Notes: a model not told the origin generated them from the letters alone. Shown: positions 1-10,858, numbered from the stretch's first letter. The stretch is 64,000 nt of DNA from a virus (IMGVR_UViG_3300035208_002115), one strand, 5' to 3'. Numbers and translations are program-made.

Positions 1-111
1 AGGTGTGTTCCACAAATGAAGTTTATCCATATTGGTATTAAAGTGTTAGAATATTTTATATAATAAAGGTGTTTGTGATAACACACCACTTTTATTCTAA
101 AAAAATTCAAT

Positions 112-984
112 TTACCCATGATAATCTGTCCCAAATACATCTAAGTATTCATTGTAACTGAGTCCATTAACCGCTTCAACAATTTTTTTATAATCACCAC
201 CATACATACTGGCACAATTGAATGAATTAATTTCAATCAATTTATATTCACCATTGGACAATCTAACAATATCCATAGTAAAAGCTTGGTCAGGTACGTA
301 TAAACCAAGTAACGACTCAGCATATTTTTTAGCTTCTTCATCAGTACATAATTTATCATAATAAGCACGGTGTAATGGTCTATTATCTTTATCCATATAC
401 ATTGTACCAGATACAATTTTACCATCAACAACCACAAACCGATATTCTTCTTCGAGTTCTTTTAATGAAGAAATAAGAATCAGTTGTTGTAAATCTAATC
501 CACCGTATGATAGTCTCAACAAATCCAAATCCATTTTGAAATTATTGAACGATATACACTGACCTGCAAATGATTTATAGCCATTGGATGGTCGTATGAA
601 TATTTTTGAAGTATTAAACCTATTAAATATAATTTTTTTATTTCTTTCAATATCATTAAGACCCATCATCATGTAATCAGAATTTAATAAATGGTTTCCA
701 TAAAAACCATAATATCTGAAACATTCGTAATTTTCCAAAGTTAAAAATATAGTTGGATAAACATTATATTTCAACATTTTTCTACCAAGTTGAAGACCAC
801 CATGAAATATAACTATATCAGTCGGTTTCAATTTAGTTATTAAATCTGTTTCAATGTTTGATTCTGTTGGAACGTAATCATAGGTAATAAATCTACATCC
901 AACTTCTTTTATGGCTGCTATAAGTTTCTGGTCGTATTCGTCATATACGTATTGTTCTATTATCCAAACGAAATTATTATTCAT
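112..984 (-). CDS. ATP-grasp domain protein (DUF4343/R2K-like)
   Basis: IFIRPSNGYKSFAG, EYRFVVVDGKIV and MDIV...LIEINSFNCAS motifs typical of ATP-grasp proteins. Confidence 0.75.
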   Translation of the reverse strand: MNNNFVWIIEQYVYDEYDQKLIAAIKEVGCRFITYDYVPTESNIETDLITKLKPTDIVIFHGGLQLGRKMLKYNVYPTIFLTLENYECFRYYGFYGNHLLNSDYMMMGLNDIERNKKIIFNRFNTSKIFIRPSNGYKSFAGQCISFNNFKMDLDLLRLSYGGLDLQQLILISSLKELEEEYRFVVVDGKIVSGTMYMDKDNRPLHRAYYDKLCTDEEAKKYAESLLGLYVPDQAFTMDIVRLSNGEYKLIEINSFNCASMYGGDYKKIVEAVNGLSYNEYLDVFGTDYHG

Positions 985-1002
985 AATTTAATTTATTTAT
1001 GC

Positions 1003-1010
1003 CAAATATA
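1003..1010 (-). promoter_or_regulatory. Bacteroidetes-type -7 promoter element TATATTTG
   Basis: Matches TAnnTTTG about 20 nt upstream of the ATG at 984. Confidence 0.5.
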
Positions 1011-1059
1011 ATCAAAAATAAATTAATAAAGAAAAAAGTTAAATTATAAAAGATTTTTT

Positions 1060-1068
1060 TAATATATA
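1060..1068 (+). promoter_or_regulatory. Putative phage late promoter TAATATATA
   Basis: Recurrent motif shortly upstream of many starts; resembles the T4 late promoter TATAAATA. Confidence 0.5.
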
Positions 1069-1087
1069 CTAAAAAACAAACAATATT

Positions 1088-1321
1088 ATGAAAATTAAAT
1101 TTGATGATTTCTTAAATGAATCTAAGTTACAAGATGAATATAGAGAATTCTTTTCACATCTTTTAAAAATATATGGTGTTACATCACCAATACAATTCAA
1201 AAATAAAGAAGAATTGAGTAAAAAATTCTATGCTGATGTTGAAAAAGGATGGAATAAAGGTAAGGGTTTATCTACATATGGGGAAAAACTTATGAAATCC
1301 GAAGTTTTTTTTGATATTTAA
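1088..1321 (+). CDS. Small protein with capsid-targeting-like leader (MKIKFDDFLNE)
   Basis: ORF, shared leader motif, upstream TAATATATA. Confidence 0.65.
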   Translation: MKIKFDDFLNESKLQDEYREFFSHLLKIYGVTSPIQFKNKEELSKKFYADVEKGWNKGKGLSTYGEKLMKSEVFFDI

Positions 1322-1344
1322 AAATCAAATATGAGATTAAAAAC

Positions 1345-1373
1345 AAAAAGCCACTTATTAGAGTGGCTTTTTT
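1345..1373. terminator. Bidirectional intrinsic terminator
   Basis: AAAAAGCCACT-TATTAG-AGTGGCTTTTT between convergent genes. Confidence 0.8.
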
Positions 1374-1395
1374 ATTTATGTTATATTATTATTAT

Positions 1396-2076
1396 CTAAA
1401 ATGTGAACGTCAAATTAGCAAACAGTTTTTTCGAATCTGGATTCAACATCAATGTTGTACTAATAGGTATCGAATAAGAACTATTAACATTTATTTCTTT
1501 AGTGAGTGTTAAACCAAGGTTAACAATGGCTAAACCATCAGCATAAAAGGATTTATAAGGGTTAACACCACAGAAAATATTTATATTTTTAATCAAATAA
1601 CTGGCTTCAACATAAGAAGAATATAATTGATTATCATTTTCATCTTTATCCCAGCCCCACACGAAAACATTATATGATAGTGTCAACGGAAACTTAAACG
1701 AATAACCAAGTGATGCTTCAAGTATATTATTTGTTGAGTCACTATAATTAAATACATCATCAACATTAAGCATATAATCGGTCACCATCAAATACAATGA
1801 CTTATAAGCCACTTTATAATACAAATCAACCTCTTTATAAGAACCATCCAATGCAAATGAACTGAATGTTCCTATTTCATTTGTCCAAAGAGAATCAGCC
1901 TTTGTAAAGTGAATAATAGGTTGAACACTTATTTTATCCGATAGATTTTGTCCTCTCCAGATAAAATTTGAGGTAACATTTGCGTTAAAGTGTGTATCTC
2001 CTTCTTGTGAATAGGACACAAAAGACAAAAACATGATACAAATTAATAATACTGTTTTTTTCATAGTTTTTTTCAT
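1396..2076 (-). CDS. Outer-membrane beta-barrel-like protein, Bacteroidetes type (TorF/Gcw_chp-like)
   Basis: Signal peptide, SNFIWRG...VQP, EVDLY, terminal Phe. Confidence 0.6.
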   Translation of the reverse strand: MKKTMKKTVLLICIMFLSFVSYSQEGDTHFNANVTSNFIWRGQNLSDKISVQPIIHFTKADSLWTNEIGTFSSFALDGSYKEVDLYYKVAYKSLYLMVTDYMLNVDDVFNYSDSTNNILEASLGYSFKFPLTLSYNVFVWGWDKDENDNQLYSSYVEASYLIKNINIFCGVNPYKSFYADGLAIVNLGLTLTKEINVNSSYSIPISTTLMLNPDSKKLFANLTFTF

Positions 2077-2100
2077 AGTTTGCTATTTTAGTTTTGATAA

Positions 2101-2607
2101 TTAAATTAAGTTATAGGATTTTATTATTTTTAATTTCATATTCTTTTCAGACTCTCCGAATTCAAGTATTGGTTTAGTTAAAGTTTCATCCCATTTTTTA
2201 TATTTTTTCCTGAATGCGTTATCTTCAAATACAACTTCAAATGGACATGGGTCATCACCTTCGAAATCGTAATCTACTATATCACCCAAGCAAATTTGTT
2301 TACCAGTGATATCAAATGAGTGAGTGGGAAATCCAGCTTTTAATTTTAAATTGTTAATTTTATTTATGGGTTCATTAAGTGAGAGTTTTCCATCGAATTC
2401 GTTTTTTATTTTTTTTGGATTTTTTCCATCAAGCAAACTTTGAACCATTGAAACAGTTAAAAAATGTGGTAAATCTTCTCCTGTTTCAGTATAATAAAAC
2501 CAAACAACCATTCCAACACTGGTTTGTTGTGGTAAAATTTCAATACCATCAATACTTTCAATATTTTGAGATAATAACCAAGATGTTGCTAAACTAATTA
2601 AATCCAT
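2101..2607 (-). CDS. Hypothetical protein with YopX-like C-terminal segment
   Basis: DITGKQICLGDIV resembles the YopX D..GKEIYEGDIV motif. Confidence 0.45.
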   Translation of the reverse strand: MDLISLATSWLLSQNIESIDGIEILPQQTSVGMVVWFYYTETGEDLPHFLTVSMVQSLLDGKNPKKIKNEFDGKLSLNEPINKINNLKLKAGFPTHSFDITGKQICLGDIVDYDFEGDDPCPFEVVFEDNAFRKKYKKWDETLTKPILEFGESEKNMKLKIIKSYNLI

Positions 2608-2631
2608 AACATAATTATAAATAAATTAAAT

Positions 2632-2910
2632 TCAAAAACATTTAAATCTGTCAGCATATCTATAATGTATCAAAACTGGTTTATCTTTTACACGAAATCC
2701 ACTTTTCAATGCAAATCTTTTTAATTCATCTAATGTATTTTTTTCAGCTAATAAAGCTTTATTGTTTAATGGTTTTAAAACCATCAGATTATTCAAATAA
2801 CCAAGAATTTCATATTCTTCTTCATTTCCTATAACTTTAGAACCTTTTTTAAAAGGTCTTTTTTTAGTGTTGTCACCACCTGTCAATAACAAAGTATTTA
2901 ATTGTTCCAT
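2632..2910 (-). CDS. Hypothetical protein
   Basis: ORF in leftward operon. Confidence 0.6.
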   Translation of the reverse strand: MEQLNTLLLTGGDNTKKRPFKKGSKVIGNEEEYEILGYLNNLMVLKPLNNKALLAEKNTLDELKRFALKSGFRVKDKPVLIHYRYADRFKCF

Positions 2911-2914
2911 ATTT

Positions 2915-4168
2915 TTATTTTAAATAATCACTTTCGAATTCATTAAATACAGCATATGCTGTTATACCAAGACATATAAACAAAGATAAAATAATATTAA
3001 GAATCACTGCCCATCTTGGTGGTTCAATCCTAAGATAAGAAAAACCTTCTGTCGGACTTGTAAATTGTATTCTTTGAAATTTCTCGTGTAACTCGATTTG
3101 TAAATAATCGGCTATTTGATACCAAACTTTATCATTCAATCTTGGGAGTTCCCTGAAATAATTTTTTAAATCGGTTTCTAATGTACCCGACTTGGCAAAT
3201 GAATGAGAAAACGGATAAATCCAAACTATCGAATCATTATTATCTAAGCCAAGACATATAGTTACTTCATTCTTATTACCACCCACCCAATAAGATTCTT
3301 GTAGTAATCCAACATCAACTGGTTTATTTTTAAATACACATAAAAATACACGACATGAATCCTCACTTCCAATCCAGCCATTTAAAGCGTTATAATATTC
3401 TTGAACTTTAGGTGATATATTTTCACCCAATATGATATCTTGATAAAAATAATTTTTGGGTTCGGGTAAATCGTATAAACCATATTCCCTAATATCGGCA
3501 GTATCGACTTTCTGATAACCAAACACAGAATAATCAGTATTTTTTAAACGATTTTCATAAGTATTTCTAACTACAACACCAGTTTGTTTAGAAAGAGGAT
3601 AATTTATAGGAATATTTGATTCATATTTATTTGATATCTGACCTACTTTTTTATGATAAAACTTAGATTTGTTATTCCAACAGAGGTCAGCCCAATCATT
3701 CGGTGCATAATTTTTATACTGTTTTATAACACTTCTTTGTCCACCAATTTTATTTAAAAAATAATAGTAGTCTTGCTCGTTGAGATTAATTTTTTGTCCT
3801 ATATTAGTTTTTAACTCCCAGTCTGCACAATAATCATCCTGATGAGAACAATCATAATATTCGGTACAATATTTGGTATTACCATCTTTATCAGTACCAC
3901 ATGAATAACTTCTGGAACAAGTTTCATGATGCCACTCATTATATGGTTCTCGTTCGTATAAATTAGTCATCACAGAACCATAATATTCAGTTGTTTTGGT
4001 TTTTTGGTTGATTACAATCGAAATAAAGGCAAGAGAAAAAAGAAATGGGATTATTACTATTAATAACATCTCCCACCAAGTAACACGCAATCTGAGTTGT
4101 TTTACAGCTAAGATTATTATAATAATCAAAGCAGAAAAAAATATGTTAATAAAATAATCTATTCCCAT
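2915..4168 (-). CDS. Membrane protein with Cys-rich extracytoplasmic domain
   Basis: Two N-terminal TM helices, one C-terminal TM helix, CSRSYSC...YCTEYYDC segment. Confidence 0.7.
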   Translation of the reverse strand: MGIDYFINIFFSALIIIIILAVKQLRLRVTWWEMLLIVIIPFLFSLAFISIVINQKTKTTEYYGSVMTNLYEREPYNEWHHETCSRSYSCGTDKDGNTKYCTEYYDCSHQDDYCADWELKTNIGQKINLNEQDYYYFLNKIGGQRSVIKQYKNYAPNDWADLCWNNKSKFYHKKVGQISNKYESNIPINYPLSKQTGVVVRNTYENRLKNTDYSVFGYQKVDTADIREYGLYDLPEPKNYFYQDIILGENISPKVQEYYNALNGWIGSEDSCRVFLCVFKNKPVDVGLLQESYWVGGNKNEVTICLGLDNNDSIVWIYPFSHSFAKSGTLETDLKNYFRELPRLNDKVWYQIADYLQIELHEKFQRIQFTSPTEGFSYLRIEPPRWAVILNIILSLFICLGITAYAVFNEFESDYLK

Positions 4169-4185
4169 TTCTTTTTATTTTTAAA

Positions 4186-4788
4186 TTAAAAAACCTGAAC
4201 ATCATCATCTTTACCAGTTTCAAACACTTTCTCAGTTTTCGTTGAGGTAACTGGTTTATAAGAATAAATTTGTTGTACCTGTTCATCTGCATAAACTTTG
4301 ACACCATCGACTATGGTATATTCTTTATACTTCTTATCAACAAAAAGACATTCTGGTTTATTCTCAATCATATTCATGATTTCTTTACGGATATCGATTG
4401 CTCTGGTTTGCGCCCGTGTGAATTTTTTACGTTCTATTTCAACATTATCCATTAACTTACTGAATAACTTTTCAGCATCATAGTTCGGATTAGCTTCCGT
4501 AATCCATCGCATAATTTCACCATCGGCTTTTCTACCAGCAACAAGAGCAGGTAAAACCTTTTCAGCGTAACTATTTACATACTTTTCTGAAATCTGGGCA
4601 TCCTGACTTATAATTTTCCACATTTCATCATGAGAAATTTTACAAACATCATACTGAGCCAAGAAAAGATTTTTGTTATCTTTTAATCTGTTATCGACTC
4701 TCCAATTATACCCAATTAAGGATATTGTTACGATTGCAATAAGTCCTATTACAGAACCTGCAATAATCCATTTTACTGATTTTTTCAT
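4186..4788 (-). CDS. Membrane-anchored helical protein (LemA-like, tentative)
   Basis: N-terminal TM followed by coiled helices; adjacent to the membrane protein gene. Confidence 0.55.
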   Translation of the reverse strand: MKKSVKWIIAGSVIGLIAIVTISLIGYNWRVDNRLKDNKNLFLAQYDVCKISHDEMWKIISQDAQISEKYVNSYAEKVLPALVAGRKADGEIMRWITEANPNYDAEKLFSKLMDNVEIERKKFTRAQTRAIDIRKEIMNMIENKPECLFVDKKYKEYTIVDGVKVYADEQVQQIYSYKPVTSTKTEKVFETGKDDDVQVF

Positions 4789-4821
4789 TTTTTGTATTGA
4801 TTTATTTGTTAATTAATGAAT

Positions 4822-6078
4822 TTATTCTTTAATCAATTTGCCTTCAAAATCGAAAGTATATTTTTTTGGTTTTCTATCATCTTTAAACCCAGTTACCTCG
4901 ATTCTATCTTGATAAACAGCCACATATTTATATTCTGATTTTATAATAATTTTTCCATCAATATTAACAATACCTGTATAAATACCATCGTTAGTTTTAA
5001 AAGAAAATAAATTATTATTTTGGTATTGTAACTGATAGTAAATTGGTTTTATAGTAACAACAAATTTACTATCAAGTAAACCCGACACTGACATATCATC
5101 ATTCATAATAAGATAATAATTTTCATTATTATACTTCTTAGCATATATGTTATCATATATCAGTGGAACATGTACATCACCTTTTATACTTAAAATACCA
5201 GTTTTTCCACCTACATTAACAATAAATACATTTTCATAACGACTAATTTCATTATAATACAATTCAATAATTATTTTACCCGTATTATCAATGACACCCT
5301 TTTTTTCATCATCACAAACAATAGCCACATTGTCTTTAAAATCGCATATATAATCATATAAAGGGTTTGTTATGATAACACCATCCATGTTTATAACACC
5401 ATATTTTTTGGATTCGTTTTCCACAATATACAAACCTTCAGACTTTATTATATTTTTATATAATTTCGAAATATATAAATAAACAGGAATTATTTCTTTT
5501 CCAACTATTTTTTGTAATTTTAAAATAGTATCTGGGGATGTTTCATTAAGAAAGTTGATAAAAGTATTTGTTTGTGTGCATACAAGAAACATTCTATCAG
5601 GTGAATCTGACGTAAGTAAAAGAGATTTGTCGATGATTAAATAGATAGTATCAACATGTTCAATTTTCATCTCAAATATATAGGTCTTAGTCCAGTTAAA
5701 TCTTTGAGCATAATAAAATAAAGCAGGTGTTGATTTTATATTTATTACCTGAAATTCTTCTGAATTATAAACAATTTTCGATTCACCAGAATCGATAAAT
5801 TCATTGTATAATAATAATTCAGATTCACTGGTTAAAGTCCGAGGTTTCAACATACCAATGTTGATATGTTTCTTATACAAATCGTAAATAATATCAATAT
5901 AATCTTCACTATACCCACTTTTTGAACAATTACCCCAACCACCCGTCATTCCCACAGGTAACATCATGGGAAATGGTATATGATTTCTTGATGAAGATTT
6001 CTCATCAATTGTACGTGCAGCTTCTTCAATAGTTATTGAACCATCTTTCACCTTTTTTAAAATATCAACTGTGTTCAT
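4822..6078 (-). CDS. WG-repeat protein (probable start MNTVD at 6078)
   Basis: Repeated KYGVINMDG/KKGVIDNTG/KTGILSIKG...P.Y units. Confidence 0.7.
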   Translation of the reverse strand: MNTVDILKKVKDGSITIEEAARTIDEKSSSRNHIPFPMMLPVGMTGGWGNCSKSGYSEDYIDIIYDLYKKHINIGMLKPRTLTSESELLLYNEFIDSGESKIVYNSEEFQVINIKSTPALFYYAQRFNWTKTYIFEMKIEHVDTIYLIIDKSLLLTSDSPDRMFLVCTQTNTFINFLNETSPDTILKLQKIVGKEIIPVYLYISKLYKNIIKSEGLYIVENESKKYGVINMDGVIITNPLYDYICDFKDNVAIVCDDEKKGVIDNTGKIIIELYYNEISRYENVFIVNVGGKTGILSIKGDVHVPLIYDNIYAKKYNNENYYLIMNDDMSVSGLLDSKFVVTIKPIYYQLQYQNNNLFSFKTNDGIYTGIVNIDGKIIIKSEYKYVAVYQDRIEVTGFKDDRKPKKYTFDFEGKLIKE

Positions 6079-6320
6079 TTGGATTATTTTTGGTTTTTTG
6101 TTTAATATAATTAAGAATGTCCAACAACTCATCTTTTGACAGCGTGGTAGCATTATAGGTGATTTGTTCTACAATCTCAGTGAACAGTAAATTTTTTGAT
6201 TTTTTAATATCACTCATTAAAACATTTTTAAGGAATTTGGTATCAAAAATATAAAATTATTATATAGAAAAAAAATATTTAGACAAATATTTAAATTAAT
6301 ATATAACATAAAAATGTTTA

Positions 6321-6593
6321 ATGGGCTGCAATTGTAATAATAACAAGTCAACTCACACAAAAAATATTATTGAAAAAGCCACTAAAAAAGCTACCAATAT
6401 AATAGAAGGGTGGACTAATTTAATAATGAATAAAAATAAAAATGAGGCTTTCTTAGAAAGAAGGGCTAAAATTTGTTTTTTATGCAGGGAAAGGTCGTCA
6501 ATCAATATTTGCAAAATTTGTTCGTGTTATATACCAGCTAAAATAAATGTCAAATCCGAAGAATGTCCTAAAAAAATGTGGTTAAAAGTTTAA
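6321..6593 (+). CDS. Cys-rich Zn-binding phage protein (DUF6171-like)
   Basis: RAKICFLC...CKICSC...CPKKMW; upstream TAATATATA at 6297-6305. Confidence 0.65.
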   Translation: MGCNCNNNKSTHTKNIIEKATKKATNIIEGWTNLIMNKNKNEAFLERRAKICFLCRERSSINICKICSCYIPAKINVKSEECPKKMWLKV

Positions 6594-6595
6594 TT

Positions 6596-7111
6596 TTAAG
6601 GTACTATATCTTTTTCTACAATCGGGTATAATATCTGATAATTTTTTTTACTGTCTAACACAGATTGAAACTGATATTCATTCGTAACAAACCACCCTTT
6701 TATTTTAGAAAGAGATGTCAAAGTTTTTTCATTCACTTTATATTTACTCCATAAATAATATTCACCTTTATCAGTACTCATAACTGGTGTTAAATAACCA
6801 TCAAATATAACTTCTGGAAAATTAGTATGATATGCAAAGTATTCAGACATTTTAACACTTTCAGATATCATTCTACCTTCAAAATATATAAAATTATTTT
6901 TTGTTTCAATATTAGCAGTTATAATTTTTTCTGAGATAATAGTATCATTTTTAATATTACTACTTTCAATTGATTTTTTAATTCTTTGTGGTAGTGTATT
7001 TAAAGACACAATTAAAACGATAATCAAAACAGCATTAATTTGAGGTGTAAATTTTAAAAAGTTTTTCATAATATTAAATATCAATTTTACCCAAAGTTGT
7101 TTGAACCACAT
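6596..7111 (-). CDS. Hypothetical membrane-anchored protein
   Basis: ORF with a hydrophobic segment; true start probably the internal ATG (MKNFL). Confidence 0.6.
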   Translation of the reverse strand: MWFKQLWVKLIFNIMKNFLKFTPQINAVLIIVLIVSLNTLPQRIKKSIESSNIKNDTIISEKIITANIETKNNFIYFEGRMISESVKMSEYFAYHTNFPEVIFDGYLTPVMSTDKGEYYLWSKYKVNEKTLTSLSKIKGWFVTNEYQFQSVLDSKKNYQILYPIVEKDIVP

Positions 7112-8156
7112 TTAATTCAGACATCACATATTCCATTGCGGTTTTAATCAATTCTAAATCATTAAATACCTTTAACTCAATAACAGAATATTGATTATCT
7201 TCTTTTATAATAGTATCGATAGCTACATATAATCCATCGGTTTTCTTAATTGAATGTCGATGAAAATGAATAGAATTAAAAACATTCTTATCATAATATT
7301 TTTCATAATTTTTGACATTATATGTATCAGCATTAGTAGAAAACTTTTCTTTTTGATTAATAAAAAATCTATATTGGGTTAAAATATTCTGGGGTATTTC
7401 ACCAGCCTTAGTGTAAGTAATTTCAAATCTACTTGTATTATTATCACCACATTCTATAACTCGTTCTCTCACTTTACCTTCTCGACCGTTGAAATTCATT
7501 AATCTCGGTTTCCAATATTTGTCAGTGTATTCATAAAACTTATGAGAAGATAAATCAAATTTATTAGACATTTTTTCTATAAATTCGATAGGATTTATAG
7601 AATCGGTTGCAACTTTAAATCTCGATTCATAATATTTTTCACTATGAAAAAAATTCCTTAGAGAATGTTTAAATTTTTTATACCACAATTCTATAATACC
7701 AACTTCAAAGAAAGATACTATTATAACAGCAAGTACGAAACTTAGAAATGCTAACATCCATTCTGGTGTACCAGTATAGACATATAGTCCACCCCACATT
7801 AACCCAAAATAAACAGGGTCATGTATTATAATATCTTCTAACATACTCACCGAACCATTTTTAATGGCTATTTTAAGACTGTTTTTTAGTGTGTCAAAAC
7901 CCTTTTTATAATGAACAAATCCAGTCCATAAATGATATGGATAAAATCCGACTTTTTCAACTACTGGGCCACCTATGGCAATAATAAAAGTTTTAAAACC
8001 GAAAGAACCGTTGATGTGAAATTTAACAATATGAGCAATTATTATTGTTCCAATAATATTAAATATTAATGAAATCACTTCATCCCGACCAAATCGTTTA
8101 AATACTTTCCAAAACGAATTTTCAGGTAGTATGATATATGAACTTTTTATCGACAT
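7074..8156 (-). CDS. Membrane protein fused to a CYTH-like domain
   Basis: Several TM helices, then ExRF, DxY, KVRER, ITY, AID and VIELK motifs. Confidence 0.5.
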   Translation of the reverse strand: MSIKSSYIILPENSFWKVFKRFGRDEVISLIFNIIGTIIIAHIVKFHINGSFGFKTFIIAIGGPVVEKVGFYPYHLWTGFVHYKKGFDTLKNSLKIAIKNGSVSMLEDIIIHDPVYFGLMWGGLYVYTGTPEWMLAFLSFVLAVIIVSFFEVGIIELWYKKFKHSLRNFFHSEKYYESRFKVATDSINPIEFIEKMSNKFDLSSHKFYEYTDKYWKPRLMNFNGREGKVRERVIECGDNNTSRFEITYTKAGEIPQNILTQYRFFINQKEKFSTNADTYNVKNYEKYYDKNVFNSIHFHRHSIKKTDGLYVAIDTIIKEDNQYSVIELKVFNDLELIKTAMEYVMSELNVVQTTLGKIDI

Positions 8157-8196
8157 TTAAATATAATCATTAATAGTGGTCGGTTATTATGTTTTA

Positions 8197-8733
8197 TTAT
8201 TTTTGTTTTTCTGATTTAGGGACTTCTTTGACAGATTTAATACCTAAATTAAACACATAATCAAATGCTTTACTTATTCGTTGATAAAGCCAATCATAAA
8301 TTTCTTCAACCATATCCGATATAATCCAAGTTATAAGAGATATAGGCCACATGAACCACCATCTGAATACATTTTCTTTAATTTTTCTATTTATGTTGTA
8401 TTCATATGTTTTTTCTTCAAGTCGATATTCATTAACCTTTTTCATTTCACTTCTACCATGAAAAAATACTCTTATAAATGCATGTATTAATCCAAGACTG
8501 AAGTAAACAGTAAAAAACTTCCAAGTAAATACCGATATGAATGTGGGTAAACTATCTTTTCCCCATTTGAAAAATAACAAACTAAATATAACCAAAAAAG
8601 TAGTGGCTACAAAACCGTTTTCTTTTACGTCCGAAATAAAACAAATTGTTATAAAAATTCCGATAACTATCAAAGCCCATACTACACTTCCAAAAAGTGT
8701 AAGGGACATTAAGGTGTGAAAAAATTCTATCAT
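8197..8733 (-). CDS. Hypothetical multi-pass membrane protein
   Basis: Hydrophobic helices, WWFMWP motif. Confidence 0.7.
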   Translation of the reverse strand: MIEFFHTLMSLTLFGSVVWALIVIGIFITICFISDVKENGFVATTFLVIFSLLFFKWGKDSLPTFISVFTWKFFTVYFSLGLIHAFIRVFFHGRSEMKKVNEYRLEEKTYEYNINRKIKENVFRWWFMWPISLITWIISDMVEEIYDWLYQRISKAFDYVFNLGIKSVKEVPKSEKQK

Positions 8734-8769
8734 GGTTTCTAAAAATTAATTTAAATAAAAATATTTTAA

Positions 8770-9027
8770 TTAAACATCATATGTGGTTAAATAATCAATG
8801 ATTAAATTACCAGAATCAGTTATTCCAATAATTCTAAAATGTGGTTCAAACAATTGTGGTATGGTAAATATACCATGTTTATATTTTTGTTTTGTCTCAA
8901 TTTTGTTTTGTGTTTCCCATGCCTTTTTACTATTTTCAAGTGCTTTTTTCTTTATTTTATCTTCAGTTGACGAAATAAGTTCGTCAATATAATCTATACC
9001 AGTTGAGTAATCTTCAATAATATTCAT
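8770..9027 (-). CDS. Hypothetical protein
   Basis: ORF in operon. Confidence 0.55.
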   Translation of the reverse strand: MNIIEDYSTGIDYIDELISSTEDKIKKKALENSKKAWETQNKIETKQKYKHGIFTIPQLFEPHFRIIGITDSGNLIIDYLTTYDV

Positions 9028-9032
9028 AGTTT

Positions 9033-9458
9033 CTAATTTAAAAAATTAAAATGTAAGTTTATCTCATAGGATTTCAATCCCCAGTCTGATATTTTTTTAC
9101 CAGTATCAATATCGAATAAATAAAACATATAATCACCTAAATTATTTTCTTTTAGGTAAATTTCATACGTTTTATCTACTTGAAATAAATCAAGTATATC
9201 GTGTTTGGCTTTTAATTGGTCACCTACAATAGGAATTCTGAGTGTATCCCCCACTTTTATTTCCTTTTTAACGATTTCGTAACCTGCTTTATCCAGTTCT
9301 TCAACTATATCTTTACATATTTTCTGTGCTTCTTCAACAGTTAATACGGCTGATAATGCTGTTTGTTTTTTATTCCATCTCATTAACCATATACCTTCTA
9401 ATAAGGCTAATTCCAATTCTTCTTCCATTGAATTATTTTTATTTAATTTTTTATTCAA
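9033..9458 (-). CDS. Hypothetical protein
   Basis: ORF overlapping the upstream stop. Confidence 0.6.
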   Translation of the reverse strand: MNKKLNKNNSMEEELELALLEGIWLMRWNKKQTALSAVLTVEEAQKICKDIVEELDKAGYEIVKKEIKVGDTLRIPIVGDQLKAKHDILDLFQVDKTYEIYLKENNLGDYMFYLFDIDTGKKISDWGLKSYEINLHFNFLN

Positions 9459-9669
9459 AATTAAACAATTTTTTTAATTTTTCTTTTCGTTCAGCTCTTT
9501 TTATTTCTTCGGGACTTTTAACGATTGGTTCTTCGAGAATATGTAATAAATCTTCAATATATCTCTTAGCCTCTCTAATATCTCTAAAAGTACTTAAAGA
9601 ATGATTATATAAATCATTTACAGAATATGTACCATCATAATTTTGTTTTATGTTGTAATTTTCATTCAT
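9451..9669 (-). CDS. Small protein with C-terminal RKEKLKKLF tag
   Basis: ORF, shared C-terminal motif. Confidence 0.65.
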   Translation of the reverse strand: MNENYNIKQNYDGTYSVNDLYNHSLSTFRDIREAKRYIEDLLHILEEPIVKSPEEIKRAERKEKLKKLFNFE

Positions 9670-9715
9670 TTTTTATATGATATGTTGAAAATTTTATTCA
9701 ATCATAAATATTATT

Positions 9716-9988
9716 TTAATTTTTAGTACAATATTCAAGTGAATTAAATATACTCTTTATATTACCACAAACACCATTAAATTGACGAAGTAATTCTTCT
9801 TCATCATCATAAAACTTAATATAAACAGTTTGACTACCATCTCTATCACCCAGAGCTTCTTTTATTTTTTTGATAAGAGGAATTACCATATCATCTTTAT
9901 CATAGGCAATCTTCGGTGTTTTTTCAGCATCAATAAAAGAAAGAATTGCTTTTAGAGCTGAAGCTGTTGTGTTAAGCATACTACCCAT
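9716..9988 (-). CDS. Hypothetical protein
   Basis: ORF in operon. Confidence 0.6.
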   Translation of the reverse strand: MGSMLNTTASALKAILSFIDAEKTPKIAYDKDDMVIPLIKKIKEALGDRDGSQTVYIKFYDDEEELLRQFNGVCGNIKSIFNSLEYCTKN

Positions 9989-10021
9989 AATTGTTCAATT
10001 TAAGATTATAAAAATAAATAA

Positions 10022-10324
10022 TTAAGTTAAATCAACATATCCAAGAAAAATCAATTCGCAAATAATATTCCAAAATTCTTTGGTTATTTTCAAATCACTT
10101 GCACCACCTTCAATGTGTCCATCTTTTCGCCATTTTGATAAAATTTCACGTTCTTCGGAATTTATTCTATTTGGGTCGATACGTTGTTCATTAGTCATCA
10201 CATATTGTATATATGGTAACATCCTCAATTCTCGTTGAGAAATCTCGTAACCTAATAACTCTTTGGATTTTTCTTTAATCCTATCTGTTAATTGACCTCT
10301 TTTTTGTTCGGCTAATTTTTCCAT
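10022..10324 (-). CDS. Hypothetical phage protein
   Basis: ORF in operon. Confidence 0.65.
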   Translation of the reverse strand: MEKLAEQKRGQLTDRIKEKSKELLGYEISQRELRMLPYIQYVMTNEQRIDPNRINSEEREILSKWRKDGHIEGGASDLKITKEFWNIICELIFLGYVDLT

Positions 10325-10343
10325 ATTAATAAGTATTTTATTA

Positions 10344-10595
10344 TTATAAACTTCTCTTTTTTAATTGTTTTTCCCATACAAAAAAAGCACCACCTATTAT
10401 TACTCTGTGACCCAATCCTTGTATTATTTTTCTGGCATAAATAAGGTCACAATGTTGTTGAGAATTTTCAATGTTACCATATAATCCAACAGATTTAAAG
10501 TCTTCTTTTGATAATATTTTTATTTTATTACCATCATGGTGATTGTGCCACTCGGTAGAGTAAAATAAATCAAGTATTTTTTGTTTTTTGGTCAT
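10344..10595 (-). CDS. Hypothetical protein
   Basis: ORF in operon. Confidence 0.55.
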   Translation of the reverse strand: MTKKQKILDLFYSTEWHNHHDGNKIKILSKEDFKSVGLYGNIENSQQHCDLIYARKIIQGLGHRVIIGGAFFVWEKQLKKRSL

Positions 10596-10611
10596 AAAAT
10601 AATAATCAGAA

Positions 10612-10854
10612 TTATCGTTTTATACTTCGAAGTTCTTCATTGGTTAAGTCATCCATCATCTTTTGTTTAATAACGGATTTATGTCGAAGTTCAAGAGGAT
10701 AACCATAATTCACAAAATCATCACCCTTTTTTGAACCAACACCAGAACCATCACCAGACCTGAAACCAAAAAACTTTTTATCTTTATGTTTCTTCTGGGA
10801 TTTTTTTGGAAAAACTTTACCGTTTTTCTTATTTATCATTATAGATTTTGACAT
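10612..10854 (-). CDS. Small basic hypothetical protein
   Basis: ORF in operon. Confidence 0.55.
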   Translation of the reverse strand: MSKSIMINKKNGKVFPKKSQKKHKDKKFFGFRSGDGSGVGSKKGDDFVNYGYPLELRHKSVIKQKMMDDLTNEELRSIKR

Positions 10855-10858
10855 ATTT